Part shown: piece by piece, positions 21,013 to 30,370 of the stretch
Numbering within the stretch: position 1 is the stretch's first letter
Layout of the letters: each line of letters opens with the position of its first letter
From: an uncultured Planctomycetota bacterium
Lineage (GTDB): Bacteria > Planctomycetota > Planctomycetia > Gemmatales > Gemmataceae
NCBI GenBank assembly: GCA_963849325.1
Contig: CAWKHF010000001.1
Coordinates: 537,210 to 601,209 of the forward strand
Reading direction: 5' to 3'
DNA: 64,000 nt
Made by a program: the position numbers and the translations under genes
Notes under the pieces: model-generated
Told to the model about the DNA's origin: nothing
Seen by the model: only the letters and a program-made list of their open reading frames with translations
Databases searched by the model: none

Positions 21013-21978
21013 GGATGGCCCTTTGAGGCGCAGCAAAATCGTGCTGCCGCCGTGGACCGTATCGCCCACCTTGACGTCCACCTTCTCAACCAGCTCCACC
21101 GGCACCGATACCTCGGTGCGCGAGCCGAACTTGATCATGCCCAGCCGTTCGCCGGCGCGTACCTCCTCGTCCGGTTTGAGCCAGCACACGATCCGCCGGG
21201 CGATGGCGCCGGCGATCTGCTTGACGCGCACCCGGCCGCCGGTTCGCGCATCGATGAGGTCGATCCAGAACTGCTCGTTGCGGACGGCGCAGTCGGCGGC
21301 GCGGGCGTCGAGAAATTCGCCGGGATAGTAGCGCAGGGCGGCAACGCGGCCGGCGCGCGGCAGACGGTTGACGTGGACGTTGAACACCGACAGGAAGATG
21401 CTGATAGTGAAGGCACGGCCGCCGGGGAAGTCGGCGTCGGCCGTTTCGCCAACGTGTGTCACGGTGCCGTCGGCGGGGCTGAGCAGGGCGTCCGCGTCGG
21501 TGGGGATGGTTCGCTCCGGATCGCGGAAGAAGGACAACACGAACAGCCACGGCGCCAGCACCAGGACCAGCAGGAAAAAGAGCGCGGGGTGTACCAGGAC
21601 GCCGAGCAGGACGGCACCGGCGGCGACGAGGAGAAAGACGCCGCTGAAGACGAGCAGCTCGGCCAGGCCGGCGCGGGCGAGGCGGAGCCGGCCGCGCCAG
21701 GCGAACGGATCGTCCTCCGGTCGAAACCAGTAGCCGCACACATTGCGGTAGAGCTTCACGTCGCGCGGATCGAGGATGTCGTGGGGGCAGTTAGGACAAT
21801 GGCCCTGACGGCGCTCGGCCATGCGGCGGACGTAACCCGGCCGAAAGCGGCGCAGCCAGGCACGGCGGCAGCGGCCCCAGGCGCGTTCGAGTCCGAAGCA
21901 GAAGCCGCCACCGGGCTGGATGCTGGTTATGGGGGCGCTCTGGAGGGAAGTCGGAAGCGGTGCGATCGTCGTTGCCAT
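21007..21978 (-). CDS. psd: Phosphatidylserine decarboxylase proenzyme
   Basis: FFRDPER, SPADG, SIFLSVFNVHVNR, QIAGAIARRIV, GMIKFGSRT. Confidence 0.93.
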   Translation of the reverse strand: MATTIAPLPTSLQSAPITSIQPGGGFCFGLERAWGRCRRAWLRRFRPGYVRRMAERRQGHCPNCPHDILDPRDVKLYRNVCGYWFRPEDDPFAWRGRLRLARAGLAELLVFSGVFLLVAAGAVLLGVLVHPALFFLLVLVLAPWLFVLSFFRDPERTIPTDADALLSPADGTVTHVGETADADFPGGRAFTISIFLSVFNVHVNRLPRAGRVAALRYYPGEFLDARAADCAVRNEQFWIDLIDARTGGRVRVKQIAGAIARRIVCWLKPDEEVRAGERLGMIKFGSRTEVSVPVELVEKVDVKVGDTVHGGSTILLRLKGPSV

Positions 21979-22011
21979 ACCCGACAGGATAGCAACGAAG
22001 CGGTGCCGCGC

Positions 22012-22503
22012 CTATTCGTCTGGAGGTGGCCGCAGCTGCGTGCCGGAGTTCGTGACCGAGCGCGAGCGGAATTTTTCCAGCACGCTCGATTTGATGGCCA
22101 GCGGATTGCGCGGTGTCGGCGCGGCCGTCGCGCTCGGCGCGACTGGCGGGGCGGCCGTGGTCGATTCCGTCTCGGCAGGCGTCGCCGCGGCAGGGGCAAC
22201 CGGCGAGGGAACGGCGACGGCCGCGCCGCTGGGGATGTCCAGGCTGCCGAACAACTCGTGGAACTCGGCCTCCTTGACCGGCTGCTGGAAGCCGAAATAG
22301 TCGATGTGCGAGTAGGGGATGAAAAAAACACGGCCGGCGTCCGTGCTGCCGGCCAGGCGTCCCCGAATGGCCAGGCACTCCGGGTCGATGCGCAGCAGGC
22401 ACTGGATGGCGATCTCGGTGCCGCTGACCGTCATCAGCATCAACTTGTCCTGCTGCGCGGCCGGAATGTGGCGCAGCAGTTTCATCCACGCGGCACTGTG
22501 CAT
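22012..22503 (-). CDS. Hypothetical protein
   Basis: 163-aa ORF with a globular-looking N-terminus (IRGRLAGSTDAGRVFFIPY) and a low-complexity tail; co-oriented with psd. Confidence 0.75.
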   Translation of the reverse strand: MHSAAWMKLLRHIPAAQQDKLMLMTVSGTEIAIQCLLRIDPECLAIRGRLAGSTDAGRVFFIPYSHIDYFGFQQPVKEAEFHELFGSLDIPSGAAVAVPSPVAPAAATPAETESTTAAPPVAPSATAAPTPRNPLAIKSSVLEKFRSRSVTNSGTQLRPPPDE

Positions 22504-22619
22504 GGTACCCCTCGGCGGGAACTCGCCCTCCGTCCGGGCGCAGCGCTCTCGACGAGGCGCCGGCGGCGACTATTCCCTGCCCAATCCTAGCTCACAAATC
22601 GTCCAACAAAAAGTTCCCC

Positions 22620-22677
22620 GTTTAGCCGCGACGCGCAGCGGAGCGCTCTCGCGCTCCGCTGCGCGTCGCGGCTAAAC
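22620..22677. repeat. Family A REPIN-like palindrome; supplies the HAD gene stop codon
   Basis: Gene ends ...GGT CCC GTT TAG in the right arm. Confidence 0.9.
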
Positions 22678-24401
22678 GGGACCCACCGCGTTGACCGGGA
22701 CGGTGTAGTGCTTCTCGACGGCCGCGCGGATGCGCGTGCGACTGTCGGCGGCGGACAGACTCGTCTCCCGTTCGACGGACTCCACCTCGTCGGCCAGGGT
22801 CTTGTCGCCGATGCTGTCGCGGAACCAGCGCGAGTATTCGCCGCCGCGGAGATGGTGCAGCCAGGTATCGTCGTCCACGCCGTCGGCCAGCGCCAGAAAC
22901 ATCCACAAGTTATGGGCGCGCAAATTGAGCTTCTGGTCCGGCCCCCGAAAGTAGAAGCTGCGCTCGGGGACCAGCACGCCCTCGGCGTATTTCCGGCTGT
23001 GACGGCGGCGCTCGGTTCGCGCCGGCTCCACTTCGACGACAAACGGCGGTCGGCCGTCGGGTTGACGATACCAGGCCGCCACCTCTCCCTTCTTCAACGC
23101 CGCCGGCACGTCGCGCGGCGGCGCTTCGCCGAACGCCTCGGTGAACTCGCGCAGCGTAGCGCCGGGGTTTTCGCCCACGGCCAACGCGATGTTGACTTGC
23201 TGGAGCACTCCCGGCGACACCATGCCGGGATGGACCGTAATGAGCAGGGTCGAGTTGAGCTGCTGCGGCAGGGCGTCGGGGGCCAGCTGCCCCGCCGTCG
23301 GGCACAGGTGATGCGCCTCGTCCAGAATGAGCCAGTGCGGCCGGCCGATGGTCGCCCGCAGTTCCTGCAAGCGCGGCAGCAAACCGGCGAAAAACGCCGG
23401 CCGATCGGTCAGCGGCACGTCCAGCAGGTTGACGACCACGTTCTGCCGCGATTGACGTAACAGCTGCAACACCTCGTCGGTGCCGGGCACGCGCTTGGGG
23501 TCGCCCAGGACGATGGCCTCCTCCAAATTCTGGTAATCGCCCTCGGGATCGATGACGCAGAACTGGTAGCCGGCCCCGGCCAGGCGTTCCATCAAGCCGG
23601 TCGTCACCGTCGATTTGCCGCTGCCGGACGGCCCGGCGACGAGGAGGGTGCTGCCGTAGGGCGGCACGCCCACTTCGTCGCCGTCCGGCCGCCGGCCCAG
23701 CAGGACGTGATGGCGCGTCAACCGCTCGTCGCGGTCGCGCAGGTCGTCGTCGAGCAGCTCGTCGATCAGCTCGACCACTCCCCGGCCGTGATCGGCCGCG
23801 GTGACGAAGTCGGCGGTCTCCTTGAGCTTGGGCAGAGCGTTGGACACGGCCGCCGAGCACTCGCACAGCGACAGGAACGCATGGTCGTTCTCGGCATCGC
23901 CGATGCCGACGACGTTGTGCGCGGACAGGCCCATCTCTTTCAGCGCCGCTTTCAGGCCGGTCGCCTTGTTGACGCCGGTGGGCAAGACCATGACCGCGTC
24001 CTTATTGAAGATGACGTGCATCTCCAATCCCAGGTCGCGGATCACTTCTAGCACGGAGACCTCGTGCGGCCGCCAGGTCGCCACGATGCTACGGCCGACG
24101 GAGATCGGCAGTCGGCGGGCGCGCAGGCGCGGACGAAGTCTTCCGGCGGGGCAGGCGCCAGGATCTTTTCCTCGCGGCGGCCCGGGTAGTAGAGCAGACC
24201 GCCATTCTCGGCGACAATGGTGTCGAACAGCTCCAGATGGGAGCAGACGGTTTTCAGGTCGTCCAGCTCGCGGCCGGTGACGAGGAAGACCTTGCGTCCC
24301 GAAGCGCGCAGCCGCCGCACGGCGTCCCAGATGTCGTCGGACACCCGGCCGTCGGTGGCGAGAGTGCCGTCGTAATCCGTCGCCAGGACGAGGTAACGCA
24401 T
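22672..24401 (-). CDS. HAD-IIB hydrolase fused to a P-loop ATPase (frameshift near 24115)
   Basis: ATDYDGTLA, LVTGR, GVNKATG, GDAENDHAF; then GPSGSGKST, IDPEGDY, LILDEAHH. Confidence 0.88.
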
Positions 24402-24469
24402 ACACACCTCCGGCGTGGCCGAACGAGGAGAATTCGTCCACAACAGAGGTAGGCAATTGTCGTGCCGAT

Positions 24470-24679
24470 CTAGTTGAGCGAGAAGCGAAGGTCGAACGCG
24501 GGGGTGGGGCGGAGCAGGGTGCGAAGACTACCGGACACCGCGAGGACTTCCATCTGCCGCAGGCGTGTGCCGCCCGTCGAGGCAGGTTCCGAAACCGAGG
24601 AGCGAACTCCTCGAGTGGCCGAGGCCAGGGCGACCAAACCCGCGGCCACGACCAGGGCGCCGACCAGACAACGAGCCAT
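24470..24679 (-). CDS. Small putative exported protein (69 aa)
   Basis: RBS GGAGA then MARCLVGALVVAAGLVALASA (signal-peptide-like). Confidence 0.5.
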   Translation of the reverse strand: MARCLVGALVVAAGLVALASATRGVRSSVSEPASTGGTRLRQMEVLAVSGSLRTLLRPTPAFDLRFSLN

Positions 24680-24897
24680 ATTGTTCTCCGAGTTGGTGCG
24701 ACGTTGCACACGGCGGACCAGGACACCAATGTCCCGGAATCGCCCCAAGCCCAACCCTGACCGGCATTACCGGCGGGCGAGCTTGTCTTCAGGCCGAAGA
24801 AGCCTGAATAATATAATTTTACGCCGAAAGGCCAAATTGTGACAAGAACAGATTTCGATGTGTTCGCCTGTGCGAACATGGATAGAAGGGAGAATGT

Positions 24898-25284
24898 ATG
24901 TCCGGGCCGTTCATCGTGCATCTGGACCACTGCTCCGTCATCATCACGGATGTGGAGCGCAGCCGGCGTTTTTACGGAGAGTTGCTCGGCCTGCGCGAGA
25001 TCGCCAAGCCGCGCACCTTCGATTTCGTGGTGATCTGGTACGACCTGGGCAATCAGCACCTGCACCTGCTGCTCAAGGACGAAGCGGACAGGCTCAGCGC
25101 CCGCCACTTCGCCCTGCGCGTGGCCGACATCCGCGCCGCCCGCGCTCACTTTGCCGCTCGCGGTGTAGCGATGCAGGAGACGACGCCCATTCCCGGCGCC
25201 GACCGTTTCTTCATCCACGATCCGGACGGCAACCGCATCGAGATCATCCAGTGGTTGCGACCCTATGATCCCTCCGAGCAATGA
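24898..25284 (+). CDS. VOC/glyoxalase family protein
   Basis: LDHCSVIITDVERSRRFY, HFALRV, FFIHDPDGNRIEI. Confidence 0.9.
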   Translation: MSGPFIVHLDHCSVIITDVERSRRFYGELLGLREIAKPRTFDFVVIWYDLGNQHLHLLLKDEADRLSARHFALRVADIRAARAHFAARGVAMQETTPIPGADRFFIHDPDGNRIEIIQWLRPYDPSEQ

Positions 25285-25299
25285 GGTGCGAGCGGACGG

Positions 25300-25653
25300 T
25301 CACTTGGGGGCCGGTTGTTCGGCCGGCAGCGCGGCGCCAGGACCGTTCGACGGCCTGGGACCGCAAGGTTGCCGCAAAATGTCGTTCAAAACATCCACGG
25401 CCCAGCGATCCTCGAATCGTGACAGGTCAGCCACAAGGTCGATCATTCTCTGGAGCAGGGCACCTTCATCGGTTTGGAGCGGCAACAGAATGGTCGGCGC
25501 ATCCTCATCCTCTCCAGGAGCTTCAAACAGCAGCATCACGGAATTGACGGCCGGGCCAAGGAGTTTCCAGCCGTGGCTAAGCAGGTAAGCCTGCGCCGCT
25601 TCCGGCCGAACCTGGGTGATGCGCGGATCAATCCAACGATTGTGGAACTTCAT
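25300..25653 (-). CDS. Hypothetical protein translationally coupled to the DUF4365-like gene
   Basis: ATGA overlap at 25650-25653; AYLLSHGW...ILLP...LSRFEDR pattern. Confidence 0.7.
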   Translation of the reverse strand: MKFHNRWIDPRITQVRPEAAQAYLLSHGWKLLGPAVNSVMLLFEAPGEDEDAPTILLPLQTDEGALLQRMIDLVADLSRFEDRWAVDVLNDILRQPCGPRPSNGPGAALPAEQPAPK

Positions 25654-26156
25654 GAACGTCTCCTTTTCCGGGCTTGGCGCAGCAAGGTTCGCACCGTTTC
25701 GCTGGTGAAGCGATTCGCCAACGGGATGGTCACACGGATCGAGCGACGCGCGGCGAGTGGCGGCGCTCCTTCCAGCGATAACCAGTAGGCACAGTGCCGA
25801 ATCGATAATTCGTTCGGCGATTGACTCAACCAGTGTTCCTCTTCTTTCGGTAAGACAAGGACGACGAGGAGGCGCGGGCATCCCGCGGAGACAATCCGCA
25901 AGTCATTATACGTATCCATGTCGAGGTCATAGTTCAGGGTGGTATCTGTCCGGTTTGCGCGGGTCGTGCCGCGCAATTGGAGATCGATCTGGACGCTCGT
26001 GTCGTGATAGCGTCGGTCTCGGACAGCGATCTCTCGCAAGGAGAGATCAATGCCGTAGTCCGGCTCGGGCTTGGAAGAGGTCGCGCCCGCCAACGCCGCG
26101 ACGGCCTGCACGTAGGCCCGGCACAATGCTTCCTGCCGATGATTCCGCGTCATCAT
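25650..26156 (-). CDS. DUF4365-like (PD-(D/E)XK nuclease-fold) protein
   Basis: RBS GGAGG; QEALCRAYVQAVAA, DYGID, IDLQLR, YNDLR, PRLLVVLVLP, CAYWLSL. Confidence 0.8.
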   Translation of the reverse strand: MMTRNHRQEALCRAYVQAVAALAGATSSKPEPDYGIDLSLREIAVRDRRYHDTSVQIDLQLRGTTRANRTDTTLNYDLDMDTYNDLRIVSAGCPRLLVVLVLPKEEEHWLSQSPNELSIRHCAYWLSLEGAPPLAARRSIRVTIPLANRFTSETVRTLLRQARKRRRS

Positions 26157-26176
26157 CCTTCGGCCTCCTGCCCTCG

Positions 26177-26915
26177 CTATCGGACCCGGCGCGGCGGTTT
26201 CGGCTGGGGCGGCGGCCATTGCTGGACCGGCGGCGCCGGCTGGATCGTGGGCCGCGTATTGAGCGGACGGTTGTTCTCGGTCGTACCAGAAGAGGCCGAT
26301 GAAGCCCAGACAGCCGAGTGTCAGCAGACCGTTGAGGAGAGTGCCGAGGATGCCGCAGATCCAGCCGGCCTGCGTGATGCCCTGGCCGTTAACGTCCATG
26401 TCGCCGCGCTTCATCTTGCGCAGGTCGGCCTGGCCCATGATCCACGAAAATAGACCCAGGATCAGCCCGATGGGGACACAGGAGAGGGTCAGGCAAGCCA
26501 GGCTGAGGATGCCCAGCGTCAGGACCAGGGGACCGCGATCCGGTTCGGCGTCGCGCCGCCGGCCGCGATGGCGGAACGACGGCAGATCCTCGTCCGCGTC
26601 GTCGGACAGGCGCGGCGGCAGCGTCCTTTTGGGCGGCCCCGAGCGCGGCGGCTCGGACGGAGAGGACGCTTCGTCGTCCCGCGACCGTTTCAACTCGACG
26701 GCGCCGATCAGGCCAGGCGTGCCGCCTGCCGGCGCGGGACGCGGCTGCGAAGGCTCGTCGAGCGCCAGCTGGAGCGGCAGGTCCGGCGGCGGGTCGTTCG
26801 CCGGGTCCGTGTCAAAGGTGTGGCCGCACGCCGGACAGCGAACCGATCGTCCGCGCAGCTCGTCGGCGACGCGCAGCTTCCCTCCGCAGGACGGACACGC
26901 AACGATGCTTGGCAT
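26177..26915 (-). CDS. Zn-ribbon + DUF4190-like membrane protein (frameshift near 26280)
   Basis: CPSCGGKLRV...VRCPACG; C-terminal VLTLGILSL...AGWICGILG. Confidence 0.8.
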
Positions 26916-26942
26916 GAACACCTCAACCGATGAATTCAGCGT

Positions 26943-27552
26943 TTATCTGTCGAAATAATCTTTTACTTCCGGATCGCCCAGGAAGACCAGGACCAGGATA
27001 CCCAGCGTCAGGTTGATGAGGTCGCAATTAATGGCATTGATAATCATCATGATAGCGATGCCCTGCGGCGGGGCCTCCTTGTGGGCCTGCTCGCCCATCA
27101 AGTGGACGCCCTTGATGAGGCCCATGATGCCCAGCACGAGGGCGTAATAGGTGCCCGGCCACAGCAGCCCGACGCAGGACACGGCCCCGATGGCCAACCC
27201 CGCCAGGCCGGAGATGAGGGCGAGGATACCGCCAATCAAAATCATGATGCCGATGGCCTGCACCTTGCTCGGCTTCGCGCGGCGGCGACGACGCGGGCGG
27301 TCCTCAGAATCGTCGTCGCGCGGCCAGCGCTTCGAGGGTCGCGGCTCGTCGTCATAATCGTCGTCCGGCGGCGGAGCGGTGCGGCGCGAGGAGCGCTCCG
27401 GGGGCGGCGCGGCCGGCGCGGCGCTTCCTCCTCGGCCTCATCCGGGGCCGTGAAGTTGTGCGCGCAGGACGGACACTTGACCGCTTGGCCGAGTAAATTC
27501 TCGGGGACGCGCAGAGGCGCTCGCAGGAGGGACAGGAGATCGTGGTACTCAT
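26943..27552 (-). CDS. Zn-ribbon + membrane domain protein (frameshift near 27515)
   Basis: MSTTISCPSC...VKCPSC, Arg/Asp-rich linker, 3-4 TM helices ending LGDPEVKDYF. Confidence 0.75.
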
Positions 27553-27634
27553 GGGGATGCTTCCCGGAAGGAGGTCGTTCTCACGTCGAGGGCCGCCCTT
27601 GGCTGGCACCGAATACTTCGTTGTACCGCCCCGC

Positions 27635-28261
27635 TCATTTGGCCAGGTAGACGAAGGTGTAGAAAGCGGCGAAAATCAATCCCAGGAGGAGGCCGGCGAT
27701 GGCGCCGCTTCGGCCGGTCTCCGTCTGCGCCTTGCCGCGCGGGTCCATGCGGCCGTCGCGCATGTGTTCCAGGTCGCGGTTGGCCATCAGCCAGACCAGC
27801 ACGCCGACGGGCACGCTGACCAGGGCGCCGATGCCGAACGTGCAGAGGGTCAGCCCGCCGACGATCATGCTGAAGTTGCCGAGGCCGACGAGGAGCGGCC
27901 CGCGGTGCGGCTCGCAATCGCGGCGGATCTCGTCGGCGGCGCGGCGTCGCCCGCTCGGGAGGTCGTCTTCCGGCTCCAACTCCTCGCCGCAGTGCGGACA
28001 ACACGGGTCTTCCCAGGTGATGCGCCGGCCGCAGCCCGGACAATAGGGACCGCGCCTTCGGTCCCCTGCTTCGTCGTCGGCGGGTGGTTCCAGGGGAGAC
28101 CGAGGAACGGCTGGCACCGAGCGCCAGGACGGCGGGCCAGGCCGAGCCGGGGTGGCGACGAAGGGGTAATGACACCCGAAGCAACGGACGCGCCGCCCCA
28201 GCAGGGCGTCGGCCACCTGGACGCTACATCCGCAGGCCGGACAGGTGACGAGTTCAGGCAT
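27635..28261 (-). CDS. Double Zn-ribbon + DUF4190-like membrane protein
   Basis: CPACG..CFGC, CPGCG..CPHCG, RRDCEPHRG, two TM hairpins. Confidence 0.8.
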   Translation of the reverse strand: MPELVTCPACGCSVQVADALLGRRVRCFGCHYPFVATPARPGPPSWRSVPAVPRSPLEPPADDEAGDRRRGPYCPGCGRRITWEDPCCPHCGEELEPEDDLPSGRRRAADEIRRDCEPHRGPLLVGLGNFSMIVGGLTLCTFGIGALVSVPVGVLVWLMANRDLEHMRDGRMDPRGKAQTETGRSGAIAGLLLGLIFAAFYTFVYLAK

Positions 28262-28375
28262 GATTCCATCCCGCCGGGGGTCCGGCACCGGCAATCCGGC
28301 TTGAGTTTATCGCATGGATGGCCGCCTGTATAGGGAGTCGCGCTCGTTTTTCCGCTGCTGTATCAAGGTGGAGTC

Positions 28376-29132
28376 ATGACGTTGCGAGGGGATCGACCGG
28401 GAAGACGGGTGCAGCTGCATCGGGCCGTGTCGAAGCTGGGCTGGGGTTCGCGCGGCCAGGCGTGGGCGTGGATTCGGGCTGGCGAGGTGCGCGTCGATGA
28501 TCGCGTCGTCACTGAGCCGCTGACGTGGGTGGACCTGGATCGCCAACGGATCACGCGCCACGAGCAGTCCGCTCCGGCGTCGGCCGGCCCGCTGACGTTG
28601 GCCCTGCACAAGCCGCGCGGTGTTGTCACCACGCGCCGCGATGAGCGCGGCCGACAGACGGTTTACGACCTGCTGCCGCCGGGCCTGCCCTGGATCTTCC
28701 CGGCTGGCCGTCTCGACGCCGATTCCGAGGGTCTGCTGATCCTGACCAGCGACGCCGCCCTGGCCATGCGCCTGACCGAGCCGGAGCACCACGTCGCCAA
28801 GACGTATCACGTCACCGTCTCGGGCCGGCCGACCGCGGACGTGCTCGATCGGCTCCGTCGCGGCGTCGATCTTGCCCGATGGCCGCACGCGCCCCGCTCG
28901 CGCGCGGCTGCTCCAGGCGGGAGAGAAGAGCAGCGTGGTCGAAATCGTTTTGACCGAGGGGCGCAATCGCCAGGTTCGCCGCATGGCCGCCGCCGTGGGT
29001 CATCGCGTGCGCCGGCTGGTGCGCGTGGCGATCGGCGCGTATCGGCTGGGCGACTTGCCGCCGGGAGCGCATCGGACCCTGGACGAAGTGGATCGGGAAC
29101 GGTTGCTCGGCTCGTCCGAGCCTGAAGCGTAA
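28376..29132 (+). CDS. RsuA/RluB-family pseudouridine synthase (frameshift near 28873)
   Basis: S4-like start, HKPRGVVTT, GRLDADSEGLLILT, LTEGRNRQVRRM. Confidence 0.92.
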
Positions 29133-29218
29133 GCGAAGGAACGACAATCCTCTCGGCTCGTCCGAGCCTGAAGCGTAAGCGAAGGAACGACAATCCTCTT
29201 CGCTTACGCTTCAGGCTC
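29106..29218. repeat. Family D element (CCGAGCCTGAAGCGTAAGCGAAG) with a 46-bp direct duplication
   Basis: 29106-29151 repeated at 29152-29197, then the inverted arm; contains the pseudouridine synthase TAA. Confidence 0.9.
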
Positions 29219-29240
29219 CGATGGGTTTGGTCTGATGGCC

Positions 29241-29919
29241 CTAAAGGGCCTTCCGGCCGTTGAAGCCACCCATGCCTTTGCCGGCGAAGCCGCCCATGCC
29301 CATGCCACCCATCATCATGCCGCCCATGCCCATGCCACCCATGCCGCCCATGCCGCCCATGCCCATCATGCCGCCACGCATGCCCATGCCGCCCATCATG
29401 GACATGCCGCCGCCCATCATGCCCATGCCGCCGCCCATCATCATGCCGCCCATCATGCCCATGCCGCCGCCCATCATGCCCATGCCGCCGCCCATCATGC
29501 CCATGCCGCCCATCATGCCCATGCCGCCGCCCATCATGCCCATGCCGCCCATCATACCGCCGCCGCATGCCCATCATGCCCATGCCGCCGCCCATCATGC
29601 CACCCATCATGCCCATGCCGCCGCCCATCATGCCGCCGCGCATGCCCATCATGCCGCCGCGCATGCCCATGCCGCCGCCCATCATGCCCATGCCGCCGCC
29701 CATCATGCTGCCGAGGCCACCCATGCCGCCGCCGATGCCGCCGCTGGCGAAACCGCCCGTGGAGTCGGTCATGGCGTTATGCATCGCCGGCATCATCGGC
29801 AGGGGGGGCATGGCGCCGCGGAACTGGCCCCTCGACAGGCTCGGTCGCAGCAGGAAAGCAAGGAACAGGGACAGAGCCAGGACGTAGCCCAGGCGCGTCC
29901 AACGAATCGTTGAGAACAT
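29241..29919 (-). CDS. Signal-peptide-bearing Gly/Met low-complexity protein, ~225 aa (frameshift near 29565)
   Basis: RBS AGGAG; MFSTIRWTRLGYVLALSLFLAFLLRPSLSRG-Q; (GGGMGMM)n repeats; ends GFAGKGMGGFNGRKAL. Confidence 0.75.
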
Positions 29920-30370
29920 GACGGGTCTCCTGAGAGGATGAGACAAAGCGTGACCGGGACGGCACCTCCAACCGCCGCGTCGGCATCGACGTCACGGCGG
30001 GCAGGGAAGGGACGACCGTGATTCGCTCGCCGGACCATCGACAAGCGACGACCGGCGGCTTGCGCGGACGTGCTGTGGAGGAGGGCTTCGTGGACGACCC
30101 GCGGGCCGCGCAAAACGGACCCCGGATCCAGACCGGCCGCTTTGACCCATTCGAGGAAGGAGGTCCCAATCGCGGGAATTGGAAAGTCTAGAATCAGTAT
30201 GAGAACTTATGAAATCGATGTCAAGTAACTGTCGAACAATTAATCTCCCGGCCCTCTGCGCCAATGTCAAGGAGATGTCGTGACGATGGGCTGACAGTAG
30301 TTTGGCCGCTTGCGGTCAAGCGTTCCCGTGCTACAAAGGCTGTATAAGAGAGGACGGGGCATAAACCATC

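Noticed and set aside
22672-25281. 869-aa ORF, and similar long ORFs such as 59063..61195, 36632..38677 and 50500..52605
   Set aside because: These are spurious extensions or antisense frames caused by high GC and indels; recognisable domains cover only the shorter genes listed.
25650-26921. 423-aa ORF fusing a Zn-ribbon membrane protein to a DUF4365-like nuclease
   Set aside because: The nuclease has its own RBS and ATG at 26156, and an alternative frame ends the upstream gene at 26177; the fusion is probably an indel artefact.
29235-29921. Plus-strand His/Ala-rich and Pro/Met-rich ORFs
   Set aside because: They are antisense shadows of the Gly/Met repeat; only the minus strand has an RBS and signal peptide.
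29920-30370. Riboswitch or ncRNA in long intergenic regions (also 41945-42275, 49035-49135, 54520-54750, 61480-61715)
   Set aside because: I could not recognise a conserved aptamer, tRNA or other RNA motif by eye; an Rfam/Infernal scan would be needed to exclude one.
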